Positions 10,798 through 22,478 of a DNA stretch of 39,659 bases are shown piece after piece. The notes beneath the pieces were generated by a model, which was given only the letters and a program-made list of their open reading frames with translations, did no database searches and was not told the origin of the DNA. The DNA comes from Perkinsus chesapeaki ATCC PRA-425 (Eukaryota; Protista; Perkinsozoa): assembly GCA_013115145.1 (NCBI GenBank), contig JAAPAO010000325.1, forward strand, positions 1 through 39,659. The letters run 5' to 3'. The position numbers were made by a program, and so were the translations under genes. Numbering within the stretch: position 1 is the first letter of the stretch; each line of letters opens with the position of its first letter.

Positions 10798-13683
10798 ATG
10801 TCGGATAATAATAATATTAGCAAGAATAAGGCAGATAAAAGGATAGAGGAGTCTAAGCATGAACAGCAGCGGACTAAGGATAAACAACGGAAAAGGAAAT
10901 CACGTTGGGGAGCAGCAGCAGAAGGTAACAGCAGCTGCAGTAAGTTGGTGGTGGGTTAATGGTAGTGTATGGTAGGATCTGATGATAAGGGGCATAGATC
11001 TGGCAGTGAGGAGAGGGGAAGTAAAACTAAAGCTGCACGGAAGTCTAGATTCGATACCGCTCCCTCCGCTATGGTCGTTGGTCCAGGTAGTAGTGTTATT
11101 GGGGTATTACTAGTATATTACTGTTATAATAGGTGGTACTGCACCAGCAATACGACTGGATGCAGCACAGATAGCTGCAGCTGCAGCAGCTGCTAGGCTA
11201 GCTAAAGAGAGAGCTCAGGTAGCTACTGAGTTGAAGGGGAGATAGTATAGAGGATATTATTACTGTTATTAGGCTGTAGCACAACAACAGAAGTCAGCAT
11301 TACAACTACAAAGTGAACAACTTAATGCATTACGGTATTAGGGTTATGGTTATATATAACAAGTATTGTTATTGTTAGTCATGGTCGTATAGCAGCTGAA
11401 GCAGCAGCAAGGGCTGTAGCACAGGCAGAGGCAATGCAGTTAAAAGGGTTCAGTAGTGGTAATAATAATATAGGGAAGGTGGATAGATACTAGTAGCATA
11501 ATAATAATGTATAATAGGACCTGTTGGTGGTATATCTGCACCAGTGGCATTAAGGTTGGATCAATATGGTAGAGAGATTGATGCTGATGGCAAACTAGTA
11601 AGATATACTTAAGTATTCTACTAGGGAATGCTGTCTCTACCTAGATACCAATGTCACAATTACGTCGACCAGCATCATTATCAACATTAAAGATTAATCA
11701 GTAAAGAATTGGTATGTTAGTTGTTAAGTATTATTATTATAGGAATCGTGCTGCATTGGATAATATGCGTAAACATAAACATAAAGTAGAGGAGACTGCA
11801 GCAGCCGCAGCAGCTGCAGCTGGGGGAGCGAAACTGGGTAGTATTGCTGCTGCTGCCGGTGGTGGCTGGTAACGGTGGTGGTTAGATTGTTCGATTGTTA
11901 TTAGGGAAGACTAGATCTGGTGCAACTCGTGATCGGTTCTTTGATCCATCTGTTCATGTAGCTGGAGCTGTTAGGCGACCACGTATGGGGTTCAATTTCG
12001 TAATAAGTGGAGTAATTGAAGTAGTATTATTGGGGTTGTGGTTAGAATGATAGCGGTACATGGACTAAAAAAGAGATAGAAATGCAGAAGCAACAAGGGG
12101 TAAAAGTGGCTAGTAGTATGGTAGAAAGTAAAGAAGAGGATAATAATAAAACAGAAGGTATTATAGAATGTTATTATTATAACGGTCATTATTACTATAT
12201 TAATTAGATGGTATTGTTGGTAATAATAATAAAGCCGCTATATCGCTAGGGGTAACAGTCAAGATACATCCAAGAGATGCACCACCAGTTACAGTAATAA
12301 TAATATGTAGTAGTAAGGTATTAGTGGTGGTGTTAGGAATGGTGGGATCAAATAGTAGTTGATGCTGGTGGACCTGATAGGGTTATATCGTCCTATGTAG
12401 AGCATCCACCGCCGGCTAAGTCAGCAGCACAACCACATAAACAGGAGGTAATAAAGGGAAGGGTATTGGGGGAGGGGATATGGTAATAATAATAGGGTAT
12501 GGCAGCATTGACACCAGCTGAACGTAAAAAGCTGAGGAGGTTGAAGAGGAAGGAGAAGGCGACAACAATGCAAGATAAAATAAGAATGGTATAATATTGT
12601 CTAGTGATAGTTGTGGTGGTATTACCGTATTAGGGTCTCCTACCGCCTCCACCACCGAAGGTTAGAATGAAGAATTTAATGATGGTTTTGGGTGATGAGG
12701 CGGTACAAGATCCAACTGCTGTAGAGAAACGTGTTAGAGCTGAGGTATGGTGGTTTATAATGGTTTCGGGTTTAAGAGGTAATATGATAATATAGGTAGC
12801 AGCAAGAAGGGATGCACATGATAAAAGAAATGAGGAAAGGAAGCTACCACCTGAGGAGAAGAAGCTTAAGAAGGCCGGCAAATGGATTAATGCACCTGAG
12901 ACTGAAACACAGGTAAGGAGAGTTAGCAGCAGCAGCAGTGGTAGTAGTTATTATTGTGTATTATGATCGTATAAGGTACATGTATCGGTATATAAAGTAA
13001 AGGATCTTACATCTAAAAGGCATCAATTCAAGGTGGTGGTATAATGGATGGTAATCTGAGGGTTAGTAGTATATTAGGTATCGAAGAATGCTGAACAATT
13101 ACATGTATCTGGTATGGGTATAATAGCTGGTCCTGAAGTTGGTAATGTTATTATAGTGGAGGGTAGTAGGAAGGCAGTGTAAGTGATGATAATAATAACA
13201 GGAATGGTAGTAGTATTATTATATTGATGTAGTCGACGATATGATAAACTAATGCTGAGACGTATCAATTGGAACGAGCGTATTGGTAATCGTAGAAGAC
13301 CTGGTGAAGAGGAAGAGGAGGATCAAACAGCAGCAGCTGCTGCAGTTGAAGAGGAATGTAATATATTATTATGGTAGTGCTACAGTGGATAGTTATGTAG
13401 ATTCTGATTACGATTCTGATACTGAGGATGTAACGTCACGTCACAGTGATGGGTGTGTACGTATGTGGCATGGTGTCATACCTAAAAGATTATTCCCTAT
13501 GGAAAGGAGTGGTCAGCCATCATGGAAGATAGTACAGGTAATAATAATATTAATAGTATTAGTAATAGTATTATTATTTAGGTACCTGGTGAAAGCTTTG
13601 CACGGCGTACCCTACGAGAATACCATGCTGAACATTATTGGGATATGTTAGCACGTTTTAGAGATAAGAGTATTGATGTATAA
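10798..13683 (+). CDS. PRPF3: U4/U6 snRNP protein Prp3, multi-exon
   Basis: ERKKLRRL...[40 protein letters not shown]; NEERKL. C-terminal domain [23 protein letters not shown]...[11 protein letters not shown]...KLMLRRINW...HYWDML. Confidence 0.95.
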
Positions 13684-14268
13684 CAACACAAACAGCATCC
13701 ATTTGGTTATCGTAGTTATTAATAATAATCATCACGTTACACTTTTCAATATAAGCATTAGTTTAGCGTTTACAAGTTCAACTGCTGCTGCTGCTCTATT
13801 ATTATTGAAGTATGTTCCTCTTTAGCGCCCATCGTCAGTTCCCTGGTGTGGGATAGGTAATAAAAAGGTTACAAAAAGGTATTAATGGTAGAGTAAGTAA
13901 ACATTGGTAGTAATAATAGTACAAAGCATCATCAAGTAAGACATTATTATTAGGATTATTATGCCAGCTCATCTTTTCATCCGCTGCTATTATTGGTAAT
14001 ACTAAGTTCCACTGCTGCTGCGTTATTACGTTATTAATATCCTACCTGTGGTGTGAGACAAGTTTACTATTCCGTACCGACGCTGAACCTGATGCCTGCA
14101 TCACTACAACATTAAGGCATGTATTCATCGCTGTTGTGACCTAGTCATTATTATCATAATATTGTTCATATTGTGTTAACCACCATCACGTATGAGTATA
14201 TAAGGTATTCTTGTCATCATCATCATCCCTCCTGCTCCTCATATTCTTCTACCCTATCATCTGTTTCT

Positions 14269-14916
14269 ATGTCACCTTCTTCTTCTACTACTGCTACTAG
14301 TAAATCCCCTGGTGCATGGTCATATCTATTTTGCCTAAATACTATGCTATTAGAAGCTGTATTATTCGTATATATGGCAGTGACCATTCTATCTAGGTCT
14401 AAGACAGATGAAGAAATGGATATTAATGGGTAATAGGCAGGTGATGCTTTATTATAATGTTAAGGCAACCATTCAGGTCATTAGCACTAAGTTGGTTGGT
14501 TATAGCATTTGTTATAGCTAGAGGAGCATTAAGCCCTTCAGATATAGTTAAACGTGAAAGTACATTAGTAATGACTATATTCCATGCACTTAATACAATA
14601 TTAATAATTTACCAATACTTTACTACTACCAACAGTAGTAGCAGCAGCAGTAATAATGATAATATAGGGTAATATGTATGTTAATATCTCATTAGGTAGT
14701 GGAGGTGCCAATATGAATGCATTCCTGGTGGATTTAGGAGTATCTATTGCTTTATTCTGTGCCAGTTTATATTGTTATAAAGTATATAGGCTCACAATAA
14801 AGTTATCAAATAAGGCAGATAAGCAGCAGAATGAGCAGCAGGATAATAAAACAGCAGATAAGAAGAGTAGGAATAAGATTAAAATAACTAATAAAAAGGA
14901 GAACACCACAGCTTAA
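14269..14916 (+). CDS. Hypothetical membrane protein, about 4 TM segments with a Lys-rich C-tail (3 exons)
   Basis: Three adjacent ORF pieces join across GT-AG introns: WSYLFCLNTMLLEAVLFVYMAVTIL, SLALSWLVIAFVIA, LVMTIFHALNTILIIYQY, FLVDLGVSIALFCASLYCY. Confidence 0.7.
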
Positions 14917-15062
14917 TAGTTTCTCACTGACTAGTTGCATTATGCGCTTTTTGTTTAGCGCACGCCTTTGTAATCGATAACGATGATGATGGAGGCGGTG
15001 GCGCCGCGGTGGTGGTGTCTCGTAGTGGTATTGTTTATTAGTAATTGTATTTTAACTGTTCC

Positions 15063-17558
15063 ATGTCCGGCGGTAGTGATCGTCGTTTATCATCTAATAA
15101 TTTTATACAGGATGATGTTGATGATAGGATGATGAGGAATAAAGAAGAATATAGACGTAATAATGATAATAGAGATGTTATATGTTATAAAGGGGGTATT
15201 AGGGCCATTTGATACGCCAATAACAACGGTACCTGAGAGTGAAGATTTAAGACAGATATGGACTGAAGAAGACTATAAGGCGTTTGGTGATGCATTAGCT
15301 AATGCTTTGGTATGGATAATTATAAATAATATAGATATATTGTAAATAATAGGTATCAATATCTGCACCTAGCTCACCAGTTAACCGTTATCAAAGATAT
15401 AACACACGACGACATAAGGAAGAAGAATGTTCGAAACTATTCAGTACGAGTAGCAGCAGCAGTAATGGATTCCGAACTGATGCTGTTACTAATGCTGCAC
15501 GGCGATATATGCAAGAAAAAGAACAGAGAAGTGATGATAATAATATAGGGCAACAGCAACAGCAGCAGTCAATAGGAGGAGGAGGGACAGCTTCAGATTT
15601 ATTTGATATACCACTTGATTTGCAGTGGATGCCATCATCAAAGCATGTTGATGATGATTATAATGTAATATTGGTATATGCCTATATAAGGGTTGAGGAG
15701 GGTACGGGTTTAGGTACGTATGGTAGCAGCATCAGCACCGGTATCACCAACACATGGTGGTGGCAGCGATAGAGCACGTTATCTGAATCATCATAGGCGT
15801 GGTGGTGGTGGAGGAGGCAGGAAACATCACCAGCAGCAGTTAAGGCAACATTTATCAACAGCAGCAGCAGTTGATGGTGATGGTTTATTCTGTGAAGGAA
15901 GTAGTAATAAGGTGGTTTAATATATGGGATAATAAGCTGGTGGTGTGTTGTTGTTGTTAGCTAAAGTGGATGTTAGTAAACAACTACTTAAAACTAGAGT
16001 ATGTAAACTGTATTTAGAAGGGAAGTGTAAATATGGTAAAAAGTAATATATGATGATGTGTATCATGGCTAAAAGTAGACAATTACCTATATAGGTGTTT
16101 CTTTGCACATGATGTAGGAGAACTACGGGAAGTACCTGATTTAAGGAAGACAACACTGTGTAAGCTACATGCCCAGGGAAAATGTAATAATATTATTATA
16201 ATAATATATTATATTTGTAATATAGGTACACGTGGTGATGAATGTAACTATGCACATGGATCAAAGGAGCTTAGAGCCACTGAAGGAGTATATAAAACTG
16301 TTATATGCAATTGGTGGAAACAAGGTCATTGCCAATATGGATCAAGATGCCGGTAGATAGCTAATAATAGTATATTTGTAGCATAATTATTATTATAGCT
16401 TTGCTCATGGAGAAGATGAGTTAGCACCACCATCACAGTGTAATAGTCCAAAGACATCGTTAACAAGCAGCTCACCTAGAAAGGTCGCTAGTAGTGGTAA
16501 TATATGTATTAATAGTGTATTGATGGTGTATTGATGGTGTCCATTTAAGGTGGCAATGCTTTATTAGCGAGTGTAGCTCCTTCTCATCATCATCATCAAT
16601 CTGTCGTGGTTGTTGGTACTAATGATAATGTATCATCATCATCATCATCTTGTAGAAGAGTACCAGGAAATAATGTAAAAGTAATTATACTTGTATTACC
16701 GATATTATTATTACTACTATTCTTAGCCTTTATTATCTCCTACATTGAATATCCCACTAGTAGTATCTAGTTCATTATCATCATCATTCAATGAATGTGA
16801 CAGCAGCAGCAGCAGCAGTATGAGTAGTAATCATCCTCCTTATAGCCGTTCCTCTAGCCCAGATCATTGTAGTAGTCAAGGAGGAGGAGGAGGAGGTGGT
16901 TTAGTTGATTTAGGTAAGTACATGATAATAATACTACTACTATGGTCTATATTACTGAATTATAGGTGCTATGTTCCTAGCTGCTGCTGATAATAATAAC
17001 ACTATTAATGAAAATGATGATGATAGTGAGGATACTGATCTTATGAAAGGAAGGCGGTTTAAAAGCAGCAGTAGTAGATCACCCAAGAAAGTTGTTAGTG
17101 GTGGAATGTGGCACGCAGAAGCAGCAGCTTCTAAGAGGAATGTTGATAATATTACAAGTCATATTTTAAAACAGTCCAGTAATACAACACAAGGTTCATC
17201 TACTGACTTTGGTACTAGTGGTGGTGGTGGGAATAATACTGATAAGGTAATGGATAATAATAATGGGCACTACTTATGTGATATATGCCACAATGCTTTA
17301 CAAATGGCAGCTGATATAAATAATAGAAAGGTATTAGTATGATAATTATAATAATTATTAATGATGATATCTTATGTGTATTATTATTAGGTATTCTATC
17401 CATGTGGTCATGGTACTGTATGCTCCGTATGTGCTGATAATATTATATCTAATCATATGTCATGCCCTAAATGCTCATCAAGTGTTATACACACTTTGCC
17501 AGTTTATATACCAATAGCATCATCAACATCATCAACAACAAAGCATAGTGGTCTATAA
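15063..17558 (+). CDS. Three CCCH zinc fingers plus a C-terminal C3HC4 RING, multi-exon
   Basis: Fingers KTRVCKLYLEGKCKYG.CFFAH, RKTTLCKLHAQGKC..RGDECNYAH and YKTVICNWWKQGHCQYGSRCRFAH. RING CDIC...YPCGHGTVCSVCA...CPKC. Confidence 0.88.
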
Positions 17559-18764
17559 TAGTAACAATATACCGTTTGTTGTTCTTATTCTTTTTGTTGT
17601 CTTTGTTTTCATTCTCGTGGTTGACAGCATCTGTCCTCGTCGTCATCACAATAATAATAAGCATCCTCTACCACTTTTTGTTGTTAACTATGTCTCATTA
17701 TACTATAGAGGATATAGTAATTGATAATAGTCTTTTGTTGTTGTACATAATCGTCATCATCATTTCGCTACATGATGATACATTATTACTAATACTACGT
17801 ACTACTTTCACCACCGGTTATCAGTGCTACTACTACTACTACTTATGACGAGAATATGTTTATGATGTTAATGCATAGTACATACGGGTTTAATAACATT
17901 GATGATGCTTATTAATATTTTTATGCAGTATAGACTGCTGATGCTGATTTGCAACAGCAGCAGCAGCTGCAGCAACAAATATGTTATCATCTTTATTCTT
18001 ACTCATTCTACTCTCTATCCTTACCATTATTTTCTTTCTATCATATAGAGATGGATATGAAATGGGCTATAATGCTTCTAATACCGGTATTTTCATTATT
18101 ATCTAACTGCATATTCGTTCCGAACATAGATAACAACAACAGTGATGTAGTGTCACATTTTCTGTTGGTGATAATCCATATTCATCTTTTCTTCATTCCC
18201 GTTATCATCATCATCCTCTCATATATCATCGTAAACGCTTAATACGTCTTATGAGAATGACGGGAGTTTGATATAAATAATAGTAATAATAACCCATATC
18301 ATTTTACTATTTATGATGATTATAGTAATAATCCTATTGTCATCATTATCTTCCCCTGATTGAATCGGGGATATAACTATTTTCCACAGGCAGAATGATG
18401 TTGATGATATATAATAAAGAGTACTTTGGTGCTGCTAGTATCGTTTACTTTGGTAAGCATTATCATTCTAATCATCATTATCATCATAATCGTAGTAGTA
18501 GTAGTCTGTAGTAATGTATCTTCCTTTCTGTACAGCAGGCCTTGGCTCGTAGTCATCATCATCGTTTAGGCTCAATATTGATATTTGTATTCCTTGAAGC
18601 ATTGAACAATTCTTTACATATATCACATTGTGTTGTGTATATAGTTCAATAATAATATACACACCCGCCCCTGCCCCCGCCCCCGCCGCATACACCCACT
18701 ACCACCATTACCACTAGTAGTATTATTTTTTCCGTTATTCCTATATTGGTATATAAGTACTACT

Positions 18765-20888
18765 ATGATACGTCGTGATTTACCAAAAGGAGCAGCATCA
18801 TCATTATGGCGAAGGCTACCATGGCCTAAATCAACGTTATATACTGCAGTAGACTATTTAGGTGTACCTGGTTTAAGGAAACCTAAAGACTTCCCAACAT
18901 TGGCAACAGATGCTGTTAATGATGCTAAGAATATATTAGGAGCATGGAAAAAGGATGATTCACCTCATAAAGTGGTTAAGATGATTGATGGGGTATCCAA
19001 CTCATTATGTAGAATTGCTGATGCTGCTGAATTAACACGTAATGTACATTCTGATGACAAATGGGTTAAAGAAGCTAGTGAAGCTGTTAATATAGTTGCA
19101 CAGTACATGAGCGAGGCTAATGTTGATAGTGCATTATATGAGAAATGTGTACCTGCTGCTGATAGGGCTGATGATAATGATAGTGGATGCAGTAAAGAGG
19201 AAAAGGACGTAATTAAAGCAATGAGGGAAGCTATGGAGAATGAAGGAGTACATTTAGATGATGATAAGAAAAAGGAATTAATATCACTACAAGAGCAGGA
19301 TGCTGTTAAAAGTTATGAGATAGTTAGCTTTGATGATAGTAATGATCCATTGGATGATGGGCAATGGTTAAGTGTACCACAAGAATGGATGAGTATATTA
19401 AGATTGTTACCTAAGAGGACTATTCATAAAGATGTTACAGAAGTATTCCTACCAAAAGAGCATGCAGCTGTTGGTTACTTATTAAAGGCATGTGAAGATA
19501 CGAGTGTTAGACATAAAGTGTGGAAGTTAACACATAAAGGGGAGCCTAAGAAGGAGAAGGCCTTGAAGGATTTAGTGGCTATTAGACAGAATCTGGCTAA
19601 GATAAGAGGATATGATACATGGAATGAATATGTTATGAGAGAATCTATATTATCTGGTAGTAGTGCAGTTAAAGATTTCCTATCGGAGCTTTGGATTGCA
19701 TTATTACCGGGATTAGAGAGAGAGCTTAGGCTACTTGAAGCTTTAAAGAGGGTACATACTAGTGATCCTAATGCTACCCTAGAACCATGGGATATTGATT
19801 TCTATGTATCTGTATGGAAGCAGACTAATCAACCAGCTGCACTTCAGGAGCTTGGTAGTAATCTATCTATTAATTCACTTATTGAGGGCTCTCAAAGGGT
19901 ATCATCATCAGTATTAAGGGTTAATATGAAAGAGAATATTATTAAAGGTGAAGCATGGAGTTATGATGTTAGAAGGTTTGAATTTAGTGATGCTAAGAAT
20001 AATGACCCTTATGGTATATTATACCTAGACCCTTGTGAGAGGGCATGGAAGAAGGTACAATCAGCACAGTTTACTATAGCAGGTAGTTGTATATTACCTG
20101 ATGGTAGTAGGCAATTACCACGTACTGCTATGGTACTATCTTTACCAGAATTACCAGGAGCATTAGGTCAAGGTGCTGCTACTACATATATGCATGAGTT
20201 TGGTCATGCGGCTCATTCTATATTATCGAGGACTACTTTACAACATTTCAGTGGTTCACGTGGTTGTATTGACTTTGTTGAATTCCCCAGCCATCTGTTT
20301 GAATACTTCGTACTTGACCCTAATGCACTAAGTACGTACATGTTACCGAAACTATCAACCCAAGCTGTAAAAGACTATGGTGATTTCCGTATGGCATTTG
20401 GTCACATAGAGGCAGCTCAACAACTAATATATGCTTTAGTTGATCAAGTCTTCTATGCTCATGGTTATGTTGCTGATGATCTATCACAGTTCTTACCAAA
20501 GTCATCTCATCAGACTACAGTAAGTAATGAACGTTTTATTGAATTGCTAAGTCCACCTGGACAAGCTCAATTCTCTCATCTGGTTCATTATGGTGGTAAT
20601 TATTATTGTTATTTACTATGTAAAGCTGTTGCAGCTGATGTATGGTCACGTGGTGGTTTTGCTGGTAGTAATGATGGTGCTGCTGATCCTATGGCCGGTG
20701 AGAGATTAAGGCATTTCCTGGAAGCTGGTAGTGTTACACAAACTATGGATAAGATATATGAATTAGTTCCTGAGGGACGTATTAAATCATCTAGTACAGC
20801 ATCATCATTAACAGCTGGTCATGTACCATTAGGACCTCTAATGGGGTTATTAAATAGTTGTACTGCAATACATGGTATTAGTAGGTAA
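18765..20888 (+). CDS. MIPEP: Mitochondrial intermediate peptidase (peptidase M3A), single exon, 707 aa
   Basis: HEFGH zinc motif, GSRGCIDFVEFPSHLFEYF, FSHLVHYGGNYYCYL, and a basic presequence-like N-terminus. Confidence 0.93.
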   Translation: MIRRDLPKGAASSLWRRLPWPKSTLYTAVDYLGVPGLRKPKDFPTLATDAVNDAKNILGAWKKDDSPHKVVKMIDGVSNSLCRIADAAELTRNVHSDDKWVKEASEAVNIVAQYMSEANVDSALYEKCVPAADRADDNDSGCSKEEKDVIKAMREAMENEGVHLDDDKKKELISLQEQDAVKSYEIVSFDDSNDPLDDGQWLSVPQEWMSILRLLPKRTIHKDVTEVFLPKEHAAVGYLLKACEDTSVRHKVWKLTHKGEPKKEKALKDLVAIRQNLAKIRGYDTWNEYVMRESILSGSSAVKDFLSELWIALLPGLERELRLLEALKRVHTSDPNATLEPWDIDFYVSVWKQTNQPAALQELGSNLSINSLIEGSQRVSSSVLRVNMKENIIKGEAWSYDVRRFEFSDAKNNDPYGILYLDPCERAWKKVQSAQFTIAGSCILPDGSRQLPRTAMVLSLPELPGALGQGAATTYMHEFGHAAHSILSRTTLQHFSGSRGCIDFVEFPSHLFEYFVLDPNALSTYMLPKLSTQAVKDYGDFRMAFGHIEAAQQLIYALVDQVFYAHGYVADDLSQFLPKSSHQTTVSNERFIELLSPPGQAQFSHLVHYGGNYYCYLLCKAVAADVWSRGGFAGSNDGAADPMAGERLRHFLEAGSVTQTMDKIYELVPEGRIKSSSTASSLTAGHVPLGPLMGLLNSCTAIHGISR

Positions 20889-21057
20889 CGACAAGGAGGA
20901 GGATGAGGAGGACAGTATTGACCACATTGCGTTTCTGTGGTGACTATTGTTAGTGTTGTTATTATTATTTACCATTTACCATTAACTTATCTATGTTAAG
21001 TAGTAAATATATAATGAGAAGGGTGTATAATAATATCACAGTGTTTTATCATCCTAT

Positions 21058-21708
21058 ATGGGCGTGGCTGCTAGTAGCCCTCAAGTAATACCACCAACTA
21101 CTAGCAATGGTGATGCACAGCAGCAGCAGCAACCATTAACTGAATCTATATCGAAAGGTAGTATATAGAGGGGGAAGGTCGAGGCGATAGGGTCGATGTA
21201 GGTAATACTGTGGGTTTAAAAGAAGGTGAGGATGATGGTAGGGCGATGGAGAGGAGGAGGATACACTTTTGTGAGAATACCAATGATACTAATAATATAT
21301 GTAATGCACAATGGATGATGGTAATAATAGTAATTATTATAATACTGTGTTGTATTATTAACCCTTTTATAGCTATATACAGCAGCGGCATATGCACCAG
21401 ATAGACTGACATCATCACAACAGAAGGTTTATAGTAACTTCTTTAATGGTTTTATTGATAGATGTGAAGATCCTATTATTGGTGGAATGATAGAGGATGA
21501 GATACAATCTGGTAGATCAGCACCTAGAGCTGGATCTAATAGGGAGATGTTGATATGGCTATGTACTATAGAGAATAGATGCAGGTAATAAATAGTATTA
21601 TTATAATCGATAGATCACTTTATTAGGCAACGTCTGGGCATGCCAATGGTACAATGTAGATCTAGTAGGTTATTACAACGATGGCGGTATCCTGATGGAT
21701 ACCTTTAA
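21058..21708 (+). CDS. ERV/ALR sulfhydryl-oxidase-fold protein lacking the redox CxxC (4 exons)
   Basis: Spliced product ...AQWMMLYTAAAYAPDRLTSSQQKVYSNFFNGFIDRCEDPIIGGMIEDEI...MLIWLCTIENRCRQRLGMPMVQCRSSRLLQRWRYPDGYL* aligns by eye to Erv1/ALR. The Cx16C motif is kept. Confidence 0.75.
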
Positions 21709-22018
21709 GGTGGTGGTGGTGAAATACTAGTGTTTGAGTGGGTTTGAGTTAAAGAATTGATATAAACTGTTACTATTGCTTACTAAGGTTCAAGCTTCCT
21801 ATACTGTTTAATACAATTAATCTACTCTTTGTATCATTACTACTATTATTGTGTTAGTAAGTAAATGATTGTATCCTAGAGGATGTGACTGCTTTAAGGT
21901 TAATATGCAATAAAGCTTATCTGGATATATAAAACATGTATAGTTGTAGATTAGGAGGCTACTCTCAACTATAATGCATCTACTACAATATTAGTTTTAT
22001 TTATTTATTATTATTCCA

Positions 22019-22225
22019 ATGTCTCCCATAGTAGATAATAATATGGCTGCTGCTGCTGATGTTAATAGTAGTGAAGTAAATACCATCAATCCTACTGGTG
22101 AACCAGCTCATTATATATGGGAGGTAACACCACCACCACCTACGACAGTACTACTACTGCAAGTACTACGAGTAGTACGATACTCTATATTCCTCTCATT
22201 ACCCACCCTTATCTTCGTATGGTAG
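22019..22225 (+). CDS. Small single-TM protein, weakly Pet100-like; exon structure and 3' end uncertain
   Basis: RVVRYSIFLSLPTLIFVW resembles the Pet100 pattern E-x-x-R/K-x-x-x-Y-L-x-F-P. The ORF sits between two housekeeping genes. Confidence 0.35.
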   Translation: MSPIVDNNMAAAADVNSSEVNTINPTGEPAHYIWEVTPPPPTTVLLLQVLRVVRYSIFLSLPTLIFVW

Positions 22226-22478
22226 TAGCTAGTGGGCCGCCCACATGACAGAAGGTATTCAAATTTCGTGAAATGATTCTAGTTTACCCCATGATGATAG
22301 GAGTTAGTGGTAGGGCGTCGTTTTATTATTTGAGAATTGCTCTATAGTAAATATACTACTAGATAACTTATCCAAGATGGTGGGTAGAAATGTCACACTA
22401 CAAATTTATACAACAACAACAACAAGACTGTAATCTTTATGGTAGGGAGTAACTACTAGCGCTTCAAAACTGGGAAGC

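Noticed and set aside
18730-18757. Possible relict spliced leader before MIPEP (TCCGTTATTCCTATATTGGTATATAAG)
   Set aside because: Only loose similarity to the CCGTAGCCATYTTGGCTCAAG leader. It is explainable as an ordinary AT-rich acceptor.
17560-18760. Several hydrophobic or low-complexity ORFs on both strands
   Set aside because: They are products of ATT/CAT/TAG simple repeats. I could not build a consistent spliced model, though a hidden gene is not excluded.
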